Position numbers and translations under genes: made by a program. The notes under the pieces were generated by a model, which did not search any database, was not told the origin of the DNA, and worked only from the letters and a program-made list of their open reading frames with translations. Positions 1 to 8,806 of a DNA stretch of 64,000 nucleotides are shown piece after piece; within the stretch, counting starts at the first letter, position 1; each line of letters begins with the position of its first letter. The stretch lies in sequence record MW879341.1, one strand, 5' to 3'.

Positions 1-1
1 T

Positions 2-646
2 ACGTGTTGGCAGCGTGCAGCCGAACTGTTAAATTCGATCTATTACGATTATCGTGTAGGTCCGTGGGGTAACGATAAAGACGTAACCACCAATAACGAG
101 CGTTTCTTCCGCTGGTTGAACTACTACTCCAACGAACGTGAAGTGGAAAAACCGGTAGTTGATCAAACTGTAGAGCAATACTACCACACCATGTTCGAGA
201 TCATCCCTCCACAGGTACTCCCTGAGATTAATGGGTTCAATGGTCGCGTACAGGCACCCTCCAAAGACAATCCACATCGTCTGGGTAGTCGTGGAAGTTC
301 TTATGGTAGTTATGTTCAAACCTACGGTACCAAGTGGCCAGGGTTTGAGTTCTTTGTCGGTGAAGAAGACGGTCGTGTCTTCATTGACTTCGATACGGCA
401 TGGTCACCACCTAACGAAGAGTACTACGATGCTCTGAGCGAACACGTCAAACAACTTGACCGTATCTACTTTGCCGAGCAGGGGATGGGTTTCTGTGGGT
501 CTGGTGTAGTTCTGGCTCCAGGAACCACCCTGTGGAAACAAAGTGAGATGACTACTATTTACGATGAGTCTAAAGACGACGAGCTTGTAGTTGATAGTAT
601 TCAGCCTGAATGGATCGTAGGTAAGGTGGGTAGTTATGGTGGGTGA
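2..646 (+). CDS. YubB/DUF1281-like ferredoxin-fold protein, 5'-truncated by the window edge
   Basis: The frame is open from base 2, so the track's TTG at 116 is probably not the start. Motifs YGTKW, FDTAWSPP and FAEQGMGFCG are typical of this family. Confidence 0.65.
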   Translation, partial: TCWQRAAELLNSIYYDYRVGPWGNDKDVTTNNERFFRWLNYYSNEREVEKPVVDQTVEQYYHTMFEIIPPQVLPEINGFNGRVQAPSKDNPHRLGSRGSSYGSYVQTYGTKWPGFEFFVGEEDGRVFIDFDTAWSPPNEEYYDALSEHVKQLDRIYFAEQGMGFCGSGVVLAPGTTLWKQSEMTTIYDESKDDELVVDSIQPEWIVGKVGSYGG

Positions 647-866
647 GCAGATCGTGCAGTTTACATTCGAAGAAGTTGAACGTGAGAAACAACTTCGCAC
701 CAATAAAACTCTGGTTAGTCTAGGGTTAGTGGGTGAGGCGCATTCCGTCAGTGATGTTTGCTATGGCAAAGATTGCGGCGTGGTTACCAATAGCCTCATT
801 GATCAAATTTCAACGTTCGGTACACACACCGAACCAGCTGAGGTAGAAGATGGCAAAGCGCAATAA
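636..866 (+). CDS. small hypothetical protein
   Basis: 76-aa ORF packed between neighbours with short overlaps. Confidence 0.45.
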   Translation: MVGEQIVQFTFEEVEREKQLRTNKTLVSLGLVGEAHSVSDVCYGKDCGVVTNSLIDQISTFGTHTEPAEVEDGKAQ

Positions 867-1614
867 AACAAAGACCGCACCAGTGGAAGGTAAGCAGGCT
901 AACGACCAGATGCTCGGCCGTTTGAACTCAGACCGTGAAACCGCTGCTGCGAAAGAACCTACCCTTAACTTCGGTAGCTTCCCAGGCGAATCTCGCAGTG
1001 CTGCCGGGAGCTTACTGCCTACCCCTAAGCCAGGGGAACCGGTACTCACTGAGACCATCAGTCCTCAGGAAGCTCGTGCTGAAATGGCGGCATTGTTCGG
1101 TGAGTCTGAAACCAACCAAGACTTATCCACCGACAATATCGAACTACTGGACGAACAGTTGAAGGCTAAAGGTACAACTCTGTCTGAGTTACTGGCAGAG
1201 CCAACCAAGGCTACAATCGGTGAGGTAGTCACAGCGTTGGGTGATGAGGAACAACCCGCTGATGTCTTCAATCCTGGTGAAGGTCGTCTGGTGTTGGTTC
1301 AGTACGACCCGGTACGCATTACGGCCGAAGCTGTGGAAGCGTTGATTAGACCCAAATACGAACCCATTGGTGCTGGCATTGTGCGGATGACCATTATGGC
1401 TACTCGTAGTGATGTCCGCGATGCTCGCATTGAAGCCATCAAAGAGTGGGATGTCATTGTACTGATTATTCCAGCGCTGTCCGTTACCCATGCCCATCAG
1501 TTCTATCCGCTGGCCGCTGAAGCCGATATCTTACTGGTTGTCAACGAGTTGGGCTATGAGACCCATAAGTTCCGTGGCGTGCTCAATTTTAACAAAGCCC
1601 CACAGGCGTTCTAA
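850..1614 (+). CDS. hypothetical protein (disordered N-terminus, alpha/beta C-terminal domain)
   Basis: 254-aa ORF with GAGG SD and phage-typical codons, followed by a hairpin. Confidence 0.75.
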   Translation: MAKRNKTKTAPVEGKQANDQMLGRLNSDRETAAAKEPTLNFGSFPGESRSAAGSLLPTPKPGEPVLTETISPQEARAEMAALFGESETNQDLSTDNIELLDEQLKAKGTTLSELLAEPTKATIGEVVTALGDEEQPADVFNPGEGRLVLVQYDPVRITAEAVEALIRPKYEPIGAGIVRMTIMATRSDVRDARIEAIKEWDVIVLIIPALSVTHAHQFYPLAAEADILLVVNELGYETHKFRGVLNFNKAPQAF

Positions 1615-1666
1615 GTTATAGGGGGTAGGCAACTACCCCTCAACCCTCTTTAATAAGGTTTACGAC

Positions 1667-2521
1667 ATGGTTGAAGTAAATAGCGTACCTACTATCGGTA
1701 TGCCAGAAATACACGCGATGATTCAACACGCACAGTTCTCAATGTTTGATACCGAAGACCCACATGCCAGTGTACCATTTATGCAAGTGGATATTGCACC
1801 TAAGGCAATCTGGGACCTGATGTTGAGCATTATGCCACGCGGTGAAGACTACGATCATTATCGTAAGTGTAATACCTGCCGTGAAGCTGTACTCTCTATG
1901 GGTAACTGGGTAGTGGTGAATTACGACGGTAGTTTGGACAGTGTTCTTTTCCCAGCACTTGACGTGCCTGAAGAGTACGACAATGAGTGGACCCGTTGGT
2001 TGCGTGCTATGAACTATCACGTCACTATGGATTCCCGCACTGAAGACTGTCGTGTGGTGACCTGTGGTATTACTCGACCATTAGATGGTGCGCACTTACC
2101 TAAGTCGGCTCGTCTGGATACTGAACGTTTACACTTCGGTGTGTTCGCTACTCCACGTCAAGTCCTTTCTTCTCGCACTCTGGTAAAACGTACCGTCAAA
2201 GCGTTTAGTTTGGCCGACGACATTCTGAACTGTCGTGGATTCAATTCAGAGAACCTTGCTGGGTTGATTCATGCTCACGGCGAAGATGTTGAGTACAAGC
2301 AGAACGTATTCAGTGCGCTTAACTCAGCAGCTGCGGTACTGATGTCCATCGAACAGTATGCCGACTCTCCAGTGAAGAAAGTCAACATCATTAACGTGGC
2401 CTGTGGCTATGAAGACGGTTTGGCTAATTTCCCCGCTGAGTTGTTGCCCGCACTCGCGCAGTTTGAGAGTGACGGTGATTACGATGCCCTGCTGTTGGCG
2501 TTAGAACCTGTCTGCGAATAA
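1667..2521 (+). CDS. hypothetical protein with CxxC motif (KCNTCR)
   Basis: 284-aa ORF with AAGG SD, followed by a terminator hairpin. Confidence 0.75.
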   Translation: MVEVNSVPTIGMPEIHAMIQHAQFSMFDTEDPHASVPFMQVDIAPKAIWDLMLSIMPRGEDYDHYRKCNTCREAVLSMGNWVVVNYDGSLDSVLFPALDVPEEYDNEWTRWLRAMNYHVTMDSRTEDCRVVTCGITRPLDGAHLPKSARLDTERLHFGVFATPRQVLSSRTLVKRTVKAFSLADDILNCRGFNSENLAGLIHAHGEDVEYKQNVFSALNSAAAVLMSIEQYADSPVKKVNIINVACGYEDGLANFPAELLPALAQFESDGDYDALLLALEPVCE

Positions 2522-2530
2522 CAACCAACT

Positions 2531-2559
2531 CCTAACCTACCCGCAATGAGTAGGTTAGG
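2531..2559 (+). terminator. hairpin terminator
   Basis: cctaacctac...gtaggttagg inverted repeat right after a stop codon. Confidence 0.6.
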
Positions 2560-2569
2560 GTTAGTATGC

Positions 2570-2586
2570 TTTCAGATATATATTAC
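2570..2586 (+). promoter_or_regulatory. early (virion RNAP) promoter, TATATTAC type
   Basis: tttcagatatatattac. TATATTAC is the phiKZ early-promoter core, and the motif recurs at 5262, 15967, 23102, 30379 and 35432. Confidence 0.75.
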
Positions 2587-2589
2587 TGT

Positions 2590-2830
2590 AGTGAGGGCAT
2601 AAAACGAGACATCCATTCGGACGTCTCACATTTGTGTCTTTTATAGGCGCGGCGAACTACCCTACAAGCGATCGCTGTTTATCTGGGTAGTTCGCCGCCA
2701 CCGACCCTCAAGTGCTCATCGTCGATCGAGTGTGTATAAGGCAGCAGGTCTCCGCGTATCTGCACGACCAAGGCTCGCCACACGTTCTCGTCACACTATT
2801 AACCTAACTGAGTATTTTATTACAAGTGAG
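2590..2830 (+). ncRNA. candidate structured leader or ncRNA
   Basis: About 250 nt with no convincing ORF after an early promoter. Contains a 14-bp stem (2649-2662/2685-2698), gagac/gtctc and ataaaa/ttttat stems, and agtgtg/cacact. Confidence 0.4.
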
Positions 2831-2836
2831 TACATT

Positions 2837-3259
2837 ATGGAATTTTTAGATCCTGTAACCGGGAAGTGGATTAATTCAAACCGCATTCCCGAAGAGGTCC
2901 GTGAACGTATTGCCGATACCGTGGACTGGGACAGTGAAGAAGCTCGTCACAAAATCACCGGTGACGTAGATATCTTTCACGATTGGGTAAACAACAACTT
3001 CGGGATGCGTGAGTTGAACGAAATGTTGGAACCCGCTGACGGTTCTGAACCGGTAATGCCGGAGGAACCCTTCAAGATCGACCCAGACAACCCTGGATAC
3101 AAGTACCATCAGAAACTCGTGCGTCTCTATCCAGATGCTGAGATTCGTGCCCAGGTTGTTAACGATGCGTTAGAACGCGCTATGGACGGCTCAAAGCATC
3201 TCCCGCCAGATGAGCTGTATGATCCAGACGACGAGGTGGACGACTATCATCAATGGTAA
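2837..3259 (+). CDS. acidic hypothetical protein
   Basis: The ATG at 2837 (MEFLDP) is preferred over the track's GTG at 2732, which lies inside the structured leader. Confidence 0.7.
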   Translation: MEFLDPVTGKWINSNRIPEEVRERIADTVDWDSEEARHKITGDVDIFHDWVNNNFGMRELNEMLEPADGSEPVMPEEPFKIDPDNPGYKYHQKLVRLYPDAEIRAQVVNDALERAMDGSKHLPPDELYDPDDEVDDYHQW

Positions 3260-3621
3260 AGATCTATACGGCCCAAATCGCGAAGTGGCGTAAGTGTAAG
3301 GAACTAGGTGTACCACTCATCGATACAACGGTGAAGTCGGGTATCAAGACCTTTGCGCCTTCGTGGGATATCGTTAGTCGTGTTAAGGCAGGTACTCTCA
3401 GTGAGGTAGGTTATACTGAGCAGTACCTTGCCATGATGCGTGTGAGTTTCTCAAATAACAAAGAGGAATGGTTAGCACTGCTTCGTGATAACGAAGCTAT
3501 AGCAATAGCGTGTTACTGTACGGCAGGGAAGTTCTGCCACCGATATCTTTTGGTCGATTACCTAGTTAAAGTGTGTGAGCACTTCGGTATTGCTTACGAA
3601 CTCTGCGGAGAGATCCAGTAA
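3253..3621 (+). CDS. DUF488/YeaO-like protein
   Basis: FAPSWDIV and IACYC...FCHR motifs. Confidence 0.65.
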   Translation: MVKIYTAQIAKWRKCKELGVPLIDTTVKSGIKTFAPSWDIVSRVKAGTLSEVGYTEQYLAMMRVSFSNNKEEWLALLRDNEAIAIACYCTAGKFCHRYLLVDYLVKVCEHFGIAYELCGEIQ

Positions 3622-3649
3622 ATAAATACTGAGCAGGATTATCTTGTAG

Positions 3650-3846
3650 TTGAAATATACTATCGCAATCACTCGAAAGGGTGATGCAAAAAGAATTCTG
3701 TAAATCAAAGGAAAGATTTATTAACTAATAAACTAGATACGTAGTATCTACCCTTTAAGTTGTATTCACTAAGAATACAACGGTATGTTTGGACTTGGGT
3801 TTATTAGAGTAACTTTTCCAACTAGGGGACGTTTAGTCCCCCTTGT
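3650..3846 (+). ncRNA. candidate multi-stem ncRNA or attenuator
   Basis: ORF-free 240-nt gap containing a GAAA-capped hairpin, a multiway junction closed by a 9-bp stem, and a terminal aggggac/gtcccct hairpin. Confidence 0.45.
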
Positions 3847-3862
3847 TTAAAGGATGTGAGTT

Positions 3863-4255
3863 ATGTCGAGAGAGTCAGTTATTGGTATGCGCATGCGTAT
3901 CAACGTTATACAGAACATCTTCCGCTATATCGATACTACTGGTGATTATACAGTCGGTCGGTTAGAGGACGCACTCTATCTTTTAAAGGCTGCGATAGAC
4001 GCCGGTGGTGAGTTTACCCTACCGCCCAAAATCCCACACATTAACGTATTGTTTCAGTACAACGAGTACCCGATGGATTTAGTCTACGGGAAAATACTGA
4101 AGCTGTTTGGCATGGATGGCGACACTAACGATCGCCGTATCGCGATGGCTGTCTTAATTGGCACCACGGTTAGAATCGAAACACTGATTAAATTCACCGA
4201 AAAGGTGAAATTGGCTGAAGCTGCGGGTATGGGGTTTGTTGTATGGAAACCATAG
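3863..4255 (+). CDS. hypothetical protein, paralog of 4243-4578
   Basis: Shared blocks GDYTVGRL/GGFTLSEL and FQYNEYPMDL/VQYDGYTIDM. Confidence 0.7.
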   Translation: MSRESVIGMRMRINVIQNIFRYIDTTGDYTVGRLEDALYLLKAAIDAGGEFTLPPKIPHINVLFQYNEYPMDLVYGKILKLFGMDGDTNDRRIAMAVLIGTTVRIETLIKFTEKVKLAEAAGMGFVVWKP

Positions 4256-4578
4256 AGGTACTAGAGAAGTTAACGATTATCTGCCAGGAGGTAGACTTAC
4301 GTGGTGGCTTCACATTGTCAGAACTGATGACAGTGCATGACATCGTTAAGTTTGTCCAACTGAACTACCCAGGGTATCCGAATAGCTTAACGCCGGAGAT
4401 TCTTCGCATGCGTGTGCAGTACGACGGATACACTATCGACATGTTATCCTTTGCCGCATTGGATGTAGCAAAGACTGTCGCCCCTAAACGGTTACACGCA
4501 GTGCTGGGAATTATTGGCGCACGCGCTGCACTCTGCTTACGTAACCACTTTTACATTGCAACAAATTTAAGGAATTAA
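4243..4578 (+). CDS. hypothetical protein, paralog of 3863-4255
   Basis: Overlapping start/stop with the upstream ORF, and shared motifs. Confidence 0.7.
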   Translation: METIEVLEKLTIICQEVDLRGGFTLSELMTVHDIVKFVQLNYPGYPNSLTPEILRMRVQYDGYTIDMLSFAALDVAKTVAPKRLHAVLGIIGARAALCLRNHFYIATNLRN

Positions 4579-4582
4579 GCTA

Positions 4583-5251
4583 ATGCGTTCACATATGATG
4601 CTTTCCCCAATGAGCCTGTCTGGTATGGGTATGTTCGATAGTTCACGTATCTCTATTCCGGCGGTGGGTCAGCGTTTACCGGTAGTTGAAGGCTACGTTG
4701 TTATTCAGGATGACGCACGTCCTGAGTTGGCTGTCGTTATGTTTGATGGTGGGGTCGTAGCTACTGCCACTTTGGGCGTACCGCAGCAAGCGCACGAGTA
4801 TGGCTTTATGTCCGAGTACCACACAAAGTACGAAGTGGTGTTGAAAATCAACATCGCTGCTGACGAGTGGGATATCTCCATTAAGACAGAAGACCTCAGC
4901 TACGTACGCGGGTTGGTAGTGGCATGCAAGGAAAGTGAAATCGCACCACTGCTTCGTCTGTGTCTGGACGATGAAGTAAATGAAGAAGGGTTCACCATCG
5001 ATACTGACTACGTGGATAATCTGATCACCCGTCTGGAGAATCACTTCCCAGAACACGGGCTGGACTTCTACCCGAGCGATGCCTTCTTTAGCCACACCTC
5101 AGGCGACGAACCAGATAACCACCTGGTCGCTATCGTAGACCGCGTAACTAGCCGCCTGATCGGCTATGTGCAGAAATCCACTGGTGGGGAACTGACTCAC
5201 CAGCTGTTCCTTTCCACCGGTCGTAGTGACTTGATCTCAGCTTTACTCTAA
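4583..5251 (+). CDS. hypothetical protein
   Basis: 222-aa ORF with typical codon usage. Confidence 0.7.
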   Translation: MRSHMMLSPMSLSGMGMFDSSRISIPAVGQRLPVVEGYVVIQDDARPELAVVMFDGGVVATATLGVPQQAHEYGFMSEYHTKYEVVLKINIAADEWDISIKTEDLSYVRGLVVACKESEIAPLLRLCLDDEVNEEGFTIDTDYVDNLITRLENHFPEHGLDFYPSDAFFSHTSGDEPDNHLVAIVDRVTSRLIGYVQKSTGGELTHQLFLSTGRSDLISALL

Positions 5252-5261
5252 ATCAAAATAA

Positions 5262-5278
5262 TTTCAAATATATATTAC
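5262..5278 (+). promoter_or_regulatory. early promoter
   Basis: tttcaaatatatattac. Confidence 0.75.
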
Positions 5279-5336
5279 CTCTGTGCCAATAAGGGCACAG
5301 AGCTTTTAACTATTACCATTAATAAGGAATACCATT

Positions 5337-5768
5337 ATGTCAAACAAAGCAATGTACGCTGATCAATTCGTAGCTCGCCTGGTTGTCCTGCTGCCTAACG
5401 TGTCAATCGAGCAAGCTCAAAAGTGGGTAAATGCCGCCCGCAATGAAAACTGTGTGGAAGGTTTAGTGCAGCCAGTGGCTCACGCCATGGGTACCAAAGC
5501 TGGAATGATCAAAGAGTGGCGAGTACGTCAGTTGCTTAAAGCATTCCTGGTGCCAGAGAACATGAACACGTTGCCTGCCTTGAACTCACTGATTACTTGG
5601 TGTCAGGATAACTATAGCTGGTCTACTACCTGTACTAACACTGGTTCAGTGGGTGAACACTGGTTTGTTTGTAAGTCACTTGCAGAGTACGTTTCATACG
5701 GTACTCCAGCCAGAAAGATCGGCGAGCGTATGACAATGCGTCTGGCTGTATTATGTAAACCTCTGTAA
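5337..5768 (+). CDS. hypothetical early protein
   Basis: AAGGA SD, directly downstream of an early promoter. Confidence 0.75.
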   Translation: MSNKAMYADQFVARLVVLLPNVSIEQAQKWVNAARNENCVEGLVQPVAHAMGTKAGMIKEWRVRQLLKAFLVPENMNTLPALNSLITWCQDNYSWSTTCTNTGSVGEHWFVCKSLAEYVSYGTPARKIGERMTMRLAVLCKPL

Positions 5769-5866
5769 AAAATTACATAAGTGTCTAATAATGTAGAGAA
5801 AAGTACAGTCCCTCAGCTGAACTTTAGCCGTCCTCCACGCGGTCTCTGCTTCCACTACTTCGTCTA

Positions 5867-5897
5867 AAGGGATACCCTTAATTGGGTATCCCTTATG
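5867..5897. terminator. hairpin terminator followed by TATG
   Basis: aagggataccc-ttaatt-gggtatccctt, a perfect 11-bp stem. Confidence 0.65.
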
Positions 5898-5919
5898 TTC
5901 GCCACTAAGGAAATGAGCT

Positions 5920-6528
5920 ATGTTAGAGAAACAACATTCCAGAATACTGGAGGTTGTCAACGGTCTGATTGCTGAGTCCAAATTGCTGGATGTTAAGTAC
6001 GGTCCAGACGAACTCCCTGAATTAAACACTCGCGAGTATATCTCAGAGTTGTTAACCGGTGTTGGCTTTAAGTCCGATGAGTGTCGCTTCGAGTATATGG
6101 ATAGCTACATCGGCAACATTGTCCGCTTTACTGTGGAAGATGCCATTATCGTTGACCTGCCGGCAAGCGTTGCTATCCGAGCGATGATCTATTCCAAACT
6201 GTTGGTGTTGGGTAGTCAGATACTGGAACAACCTGATGAACTCCTCGACGATAAAGAGATCGAAGAGTGGATGTTGCAGATCGCTCAGTATTTCAAACTG
6301 ACGCGGGTCTATGACTCCAAAGAAGTTGTCACTGCACTGAGTGGCACTAAAGACGTGGCTGATGCCTACATGGCTGCCTTCTTCTTCTGGTCTGATGACA
6401 AGTCACTGTATGACGTGGTTCGTCAGATTGCTACACTTTACTTGCCGTCGAATGGTTTCCGTCGTGAGACTATCCTGAAGCGCGCAATCATTGCTTTTAA
6501 CTTATTAAAGAAAGAGAACGCAAAATGA
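5920..6528 (+). CDS. hypothetical protein
   Basis: 202-aa ORF with AAGGA upstream. Confidence 0.7.
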   Translation: MLEKQHSRILEVVNGLIAESKLLDVKYGPDELPELNTREYISELLTGVGFKSDECRFEYMDSYIGNIVRFTVEDAIIVDLPASVAIRAMIYSKLLVLGSQILEQPDELLDDKEIEEWMLQIAQYFKLTRVYDSKEVVTALSGTKDVADAYMAAFFFWSDDKSLYDVVRQIATLYLPSNGFRRETILKRAIIAFNLLKKENAK

Positions 6529-7187
6529 TCGTAGATAACGTAACTATCGAAACCCTCACCCCGCTGTGTATCGTTGCCCAACTGGATGGCGGTAAAGGTA
6601 AAGTCGAAATTATCGAAGCGGCGCAGGGTGAAGCGTTCATGCGTTTCGGCGACAGTCCGGTAGAGCGTTATACCGCACTGATGGAACACGAAGACCTTTC
6701 CAATGAGAAAGTCGACGATAACGATAAGCTCTATCGTTTCATGTCAGACTTCTGGGAAGCCTTCTACAAACCAGAAGGTCACCAACTGATCGTTGAGCGT
6801 GCAGATTCTCCGCTGGGTTACGGTCAGATTGGATTGTTCCTGTTCGGCGTTCTGTCTAAGGTAGCTGACTACCCTGGCAACCTGCGTGTATCTGGTGTAA
6901 GTGTAGAACACACCTACGCGTCTCGCGCAACACAGCCGTCTATGCGTAAAGACCTGAAGGTTGAATGGCGTGCCAATGAGCAGCCTGCTAAAGCGGACTA
7001 TTACTTCGCTGACCTGATGGCGTACCTGAACGGTCTGTCCGAACCGTACAACTGCCAGTTCTTACTGAGCCAGTCTTACGGTAATTTCACCATCACACCG
7101 AAGTACAAAGGTTACAACGACAAACGTCACCTGCGTATGAACGAAGATCTGGATCGTGTGTTGGGTGTACGGCATGAGAAAGCGTAA
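6525..7187 (+). CDS. hypothetical protein
   Basis: ATGA start/stop overlap with the upstream ORF; high-expression codon bias. Confidence 0.75.
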   Translation: MIVDNVTIETLTPLCIVAQLDGGKGKVEIIEAAQGEAFMRFGDSPVERYTALMEHEDLSNEKVDDNDKLYRFMSDFWEAFYKPEGHQLIVERADSPLGYGQIGLFLFGVLSKVADYPGNLRVSGVSVEHTYASRATQPSMRKDLKVEWRANEQPAKADYYFADLMAYLNGLSEPYNCQFLLSQSYGNFTITPKYKGYNDKRHLRMNEDLDRVLGVRHEKA

Positions 7188-7446
7188 GCCACAGAAAACA
7201 AAACCTCGCCTGGGCTATGAAGAAACCGTAGCTCAAGTAAACGAGTTGGGTGATGCGCTGAATGTATTCAGTCTAGCCCTGCACGGTGATATAACGGAAG
7301 ATCGCCTCAAAGCGTTAATCCAAAAGAAACTAGGTAGTTCAATCTACCCTCAGTCTAGAAAGATCGGTTATCAGCTGGTAGCGTCAAATGACCCAGTTGC
7401 TTTAATAAACGCTTTAAGACAAAAACTGCATAACGCAATTAATTAA
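7174..7446 (+). CDS. small basic hypothetical protein
   Basis: ATG at 7174 overlaps the upstream stop region. Confidence 0.6.
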   Translation: MRKRKPQKTKPRLGYEETVAQVNELGDALNVFSLALHGDITEDRLKALIQKKLGSSIYPQSRKIGYQLVASNDPVALINALRQKLHNAIN

Positions 7447-7451
7447 GGATT

Positions 7452-7883
7452 ATGATGAAACGCACTTTACTCGCACTGGCTTTACTGGTTCCTGCAATCG
7501 CTCACGCTAACTGGCATGGCAAAGACGCCAGCACCATTGGTGTTGATAGCGGGAAAGCTCAGTTGGACCTTACCGTCGTAACCAACGAAGATAACCCAAC
7601 TGACGAAGGTATCGCTCTGTATTACTATCCGGCCGCACAGCCAAAGACCTGCGACTACACCACGGGGGTCTTTGAGATCTTCGATGTCAACGGTGAGAAA
7701 GTAGAGTTTAAGAAGTTCTGCATTAATGGTGGTAAATCTCCAGTAGCGTATACTCCTTCTACTTTCCAGGAAGCGGGTAAAGTGATCGATCTCCTTACCA
7801 AAGAGCCTAACGTGGTCATCCAAGGCGTAGCATTCACCACGCGTGGATTTGCTGAGCAGGTTGAAGTCTTAATGGGTCAGTAA
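7452..7883 (+). CDS. predicted exported/periplasmic protein
   Basis: Classical signal peptide (MKRTLLALALLVPAIAHA, AxA cleavage site) and two Cys residues. Confidence 0.7.
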   Translation: MMKRTLLALALLVPAIAHANWHGKDASTIGVDSGKAQLDLTVVTNEDNPTDEGIALYYYPAAQPKTCDYTTGVFEIFDVNGEKVEFKKFCINGGKSPVAYTPSTFQEAGKVIDLLTKEPNVVIQGVAFTTRGFAEQVEVLMGQ

Positions 7884-7972
7884 TAGAAACGGGACCTTAG
7901 GGTCCCTTTCATTACTCTTTTCTTTTTACCCCTATCATACGACACTATCTATTCAAACTCTGAGGGGGTTTT

Positions 7973-8197
7973 ATGTTATTCTGTTGTGACGAATGTAACT
8001 GTGTGGACGATAGCGATTTTGCACATCCTAACGCATTGGCACAAAAGCCGGGTGTATGGTTATGTTCAGCATGTCGTCCGATTTCTATTAACGGTCGCGT
8101 TGTAGACGGAGAGTGGCATAACGCCTTCCCTAAGGAAGAGTACGATCCTCAACAGGATGTCGTGTGTAACCGTCCCTCAGGACTAGGGTTGAGCTGA
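7973..8197 (+). CDS. small Cys-rich (Zn-ribbon-like) protein
   Basis: CCDECNC and LCSAC motifs; GAGGGG SD. Confidence 0.65.
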   Translation: MLFCCDECNCVDDSDFAHPNALAQKPGVWLCSACRPISINGRVVDGEWHNAFPKEEYDPQQDVVCNRPSGLGLS

Positions 8198-8676
8198 TGT
8201 ATGTAGTCGTTCGTGGCAATGCCATCGACATCGCTATTCAAAACGAAGTACATTTCGGTCATGGTTGTAATTGCTTTAACCGCATTAAGTCTGGCGTAGC
8301 TAAAGAAGTGCGTGACAGGCTCTATCCGATGGTTGAAGCTGATGATCGTACTGTGCGTGGAGATCGTTATAAGCTCGGGTCGTACAGCTACCACAAATTC
8401 CCATGGGGTATTGGGTTTAACTTCTACACCCAGTACACGTACTCCCGTGAGGGTATAGTGGCTGACTACGATGCTATCCGCCGTTCGATTGGTGGTGCAA
8501 TCCAGCGTATCCAGATACAGGACAACAGACCTTTGGTTATTCCGAAGATCGGTTCTGGTCTAGCAGGTGGTGATTGGGCAACTATTGAAGATATCCTTCA
8601 AAACATCACACCTCGCGATTTCAAGCTGGTTGTCGTAGAGTACGACAAAACGGTCTCTAAGCAACCGATTGTCTAA
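8197..8676 (+). CDS. macrodomain (ADP-ribose binding/hydrolase) protein
   Basis: GNAID, HGCNC...SGVAK, and IPKIGSGLAGGDW motifs. Confidence 0.9.
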   Translation: MYVVVRGNAIDIAIQNEVHFGHGCNCFNRIKSGVAKEVRDRLYPMVEADDRTVRGDRYKLGSYSYHKFPWGIGFNFYTQYTYSREGIVADYDAIRRSIGGAIQRIQIQDNRPLVIPKIGSGLAGGDWATIEDILQNITPRDFKLVVVEYDKTVSKQPIV

Positions 8677-8699
8677 ATCGTAGTTAGGTCAGTGAAACA

Positions 8700-8738
8700 C
8701 ATAAAAATCGCTCTCAGTGTTTCTGAGGGCGTTTTATG
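8700..8738. terminator. hairpin terminator with CATAAAA/TTTTATG flanks
   Basis: cgctctcag/ctgagggcg stem extended by cataaaa/ttttatg. Confidence 0.65.
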
Positions 8739-8806
8739 CTGTATTTAAATACATTCCTCCCCAAATTTATGACGAAGTAGCTTTTTTACAACTGGGAGCG
8801 GTTTAG

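Noticed and set aside
2732-2836. N-terminal extension from GTG 2732
   Set aside because: No SD, atypical residues, and overlap with the structured leader. ATG 2837 fits better.
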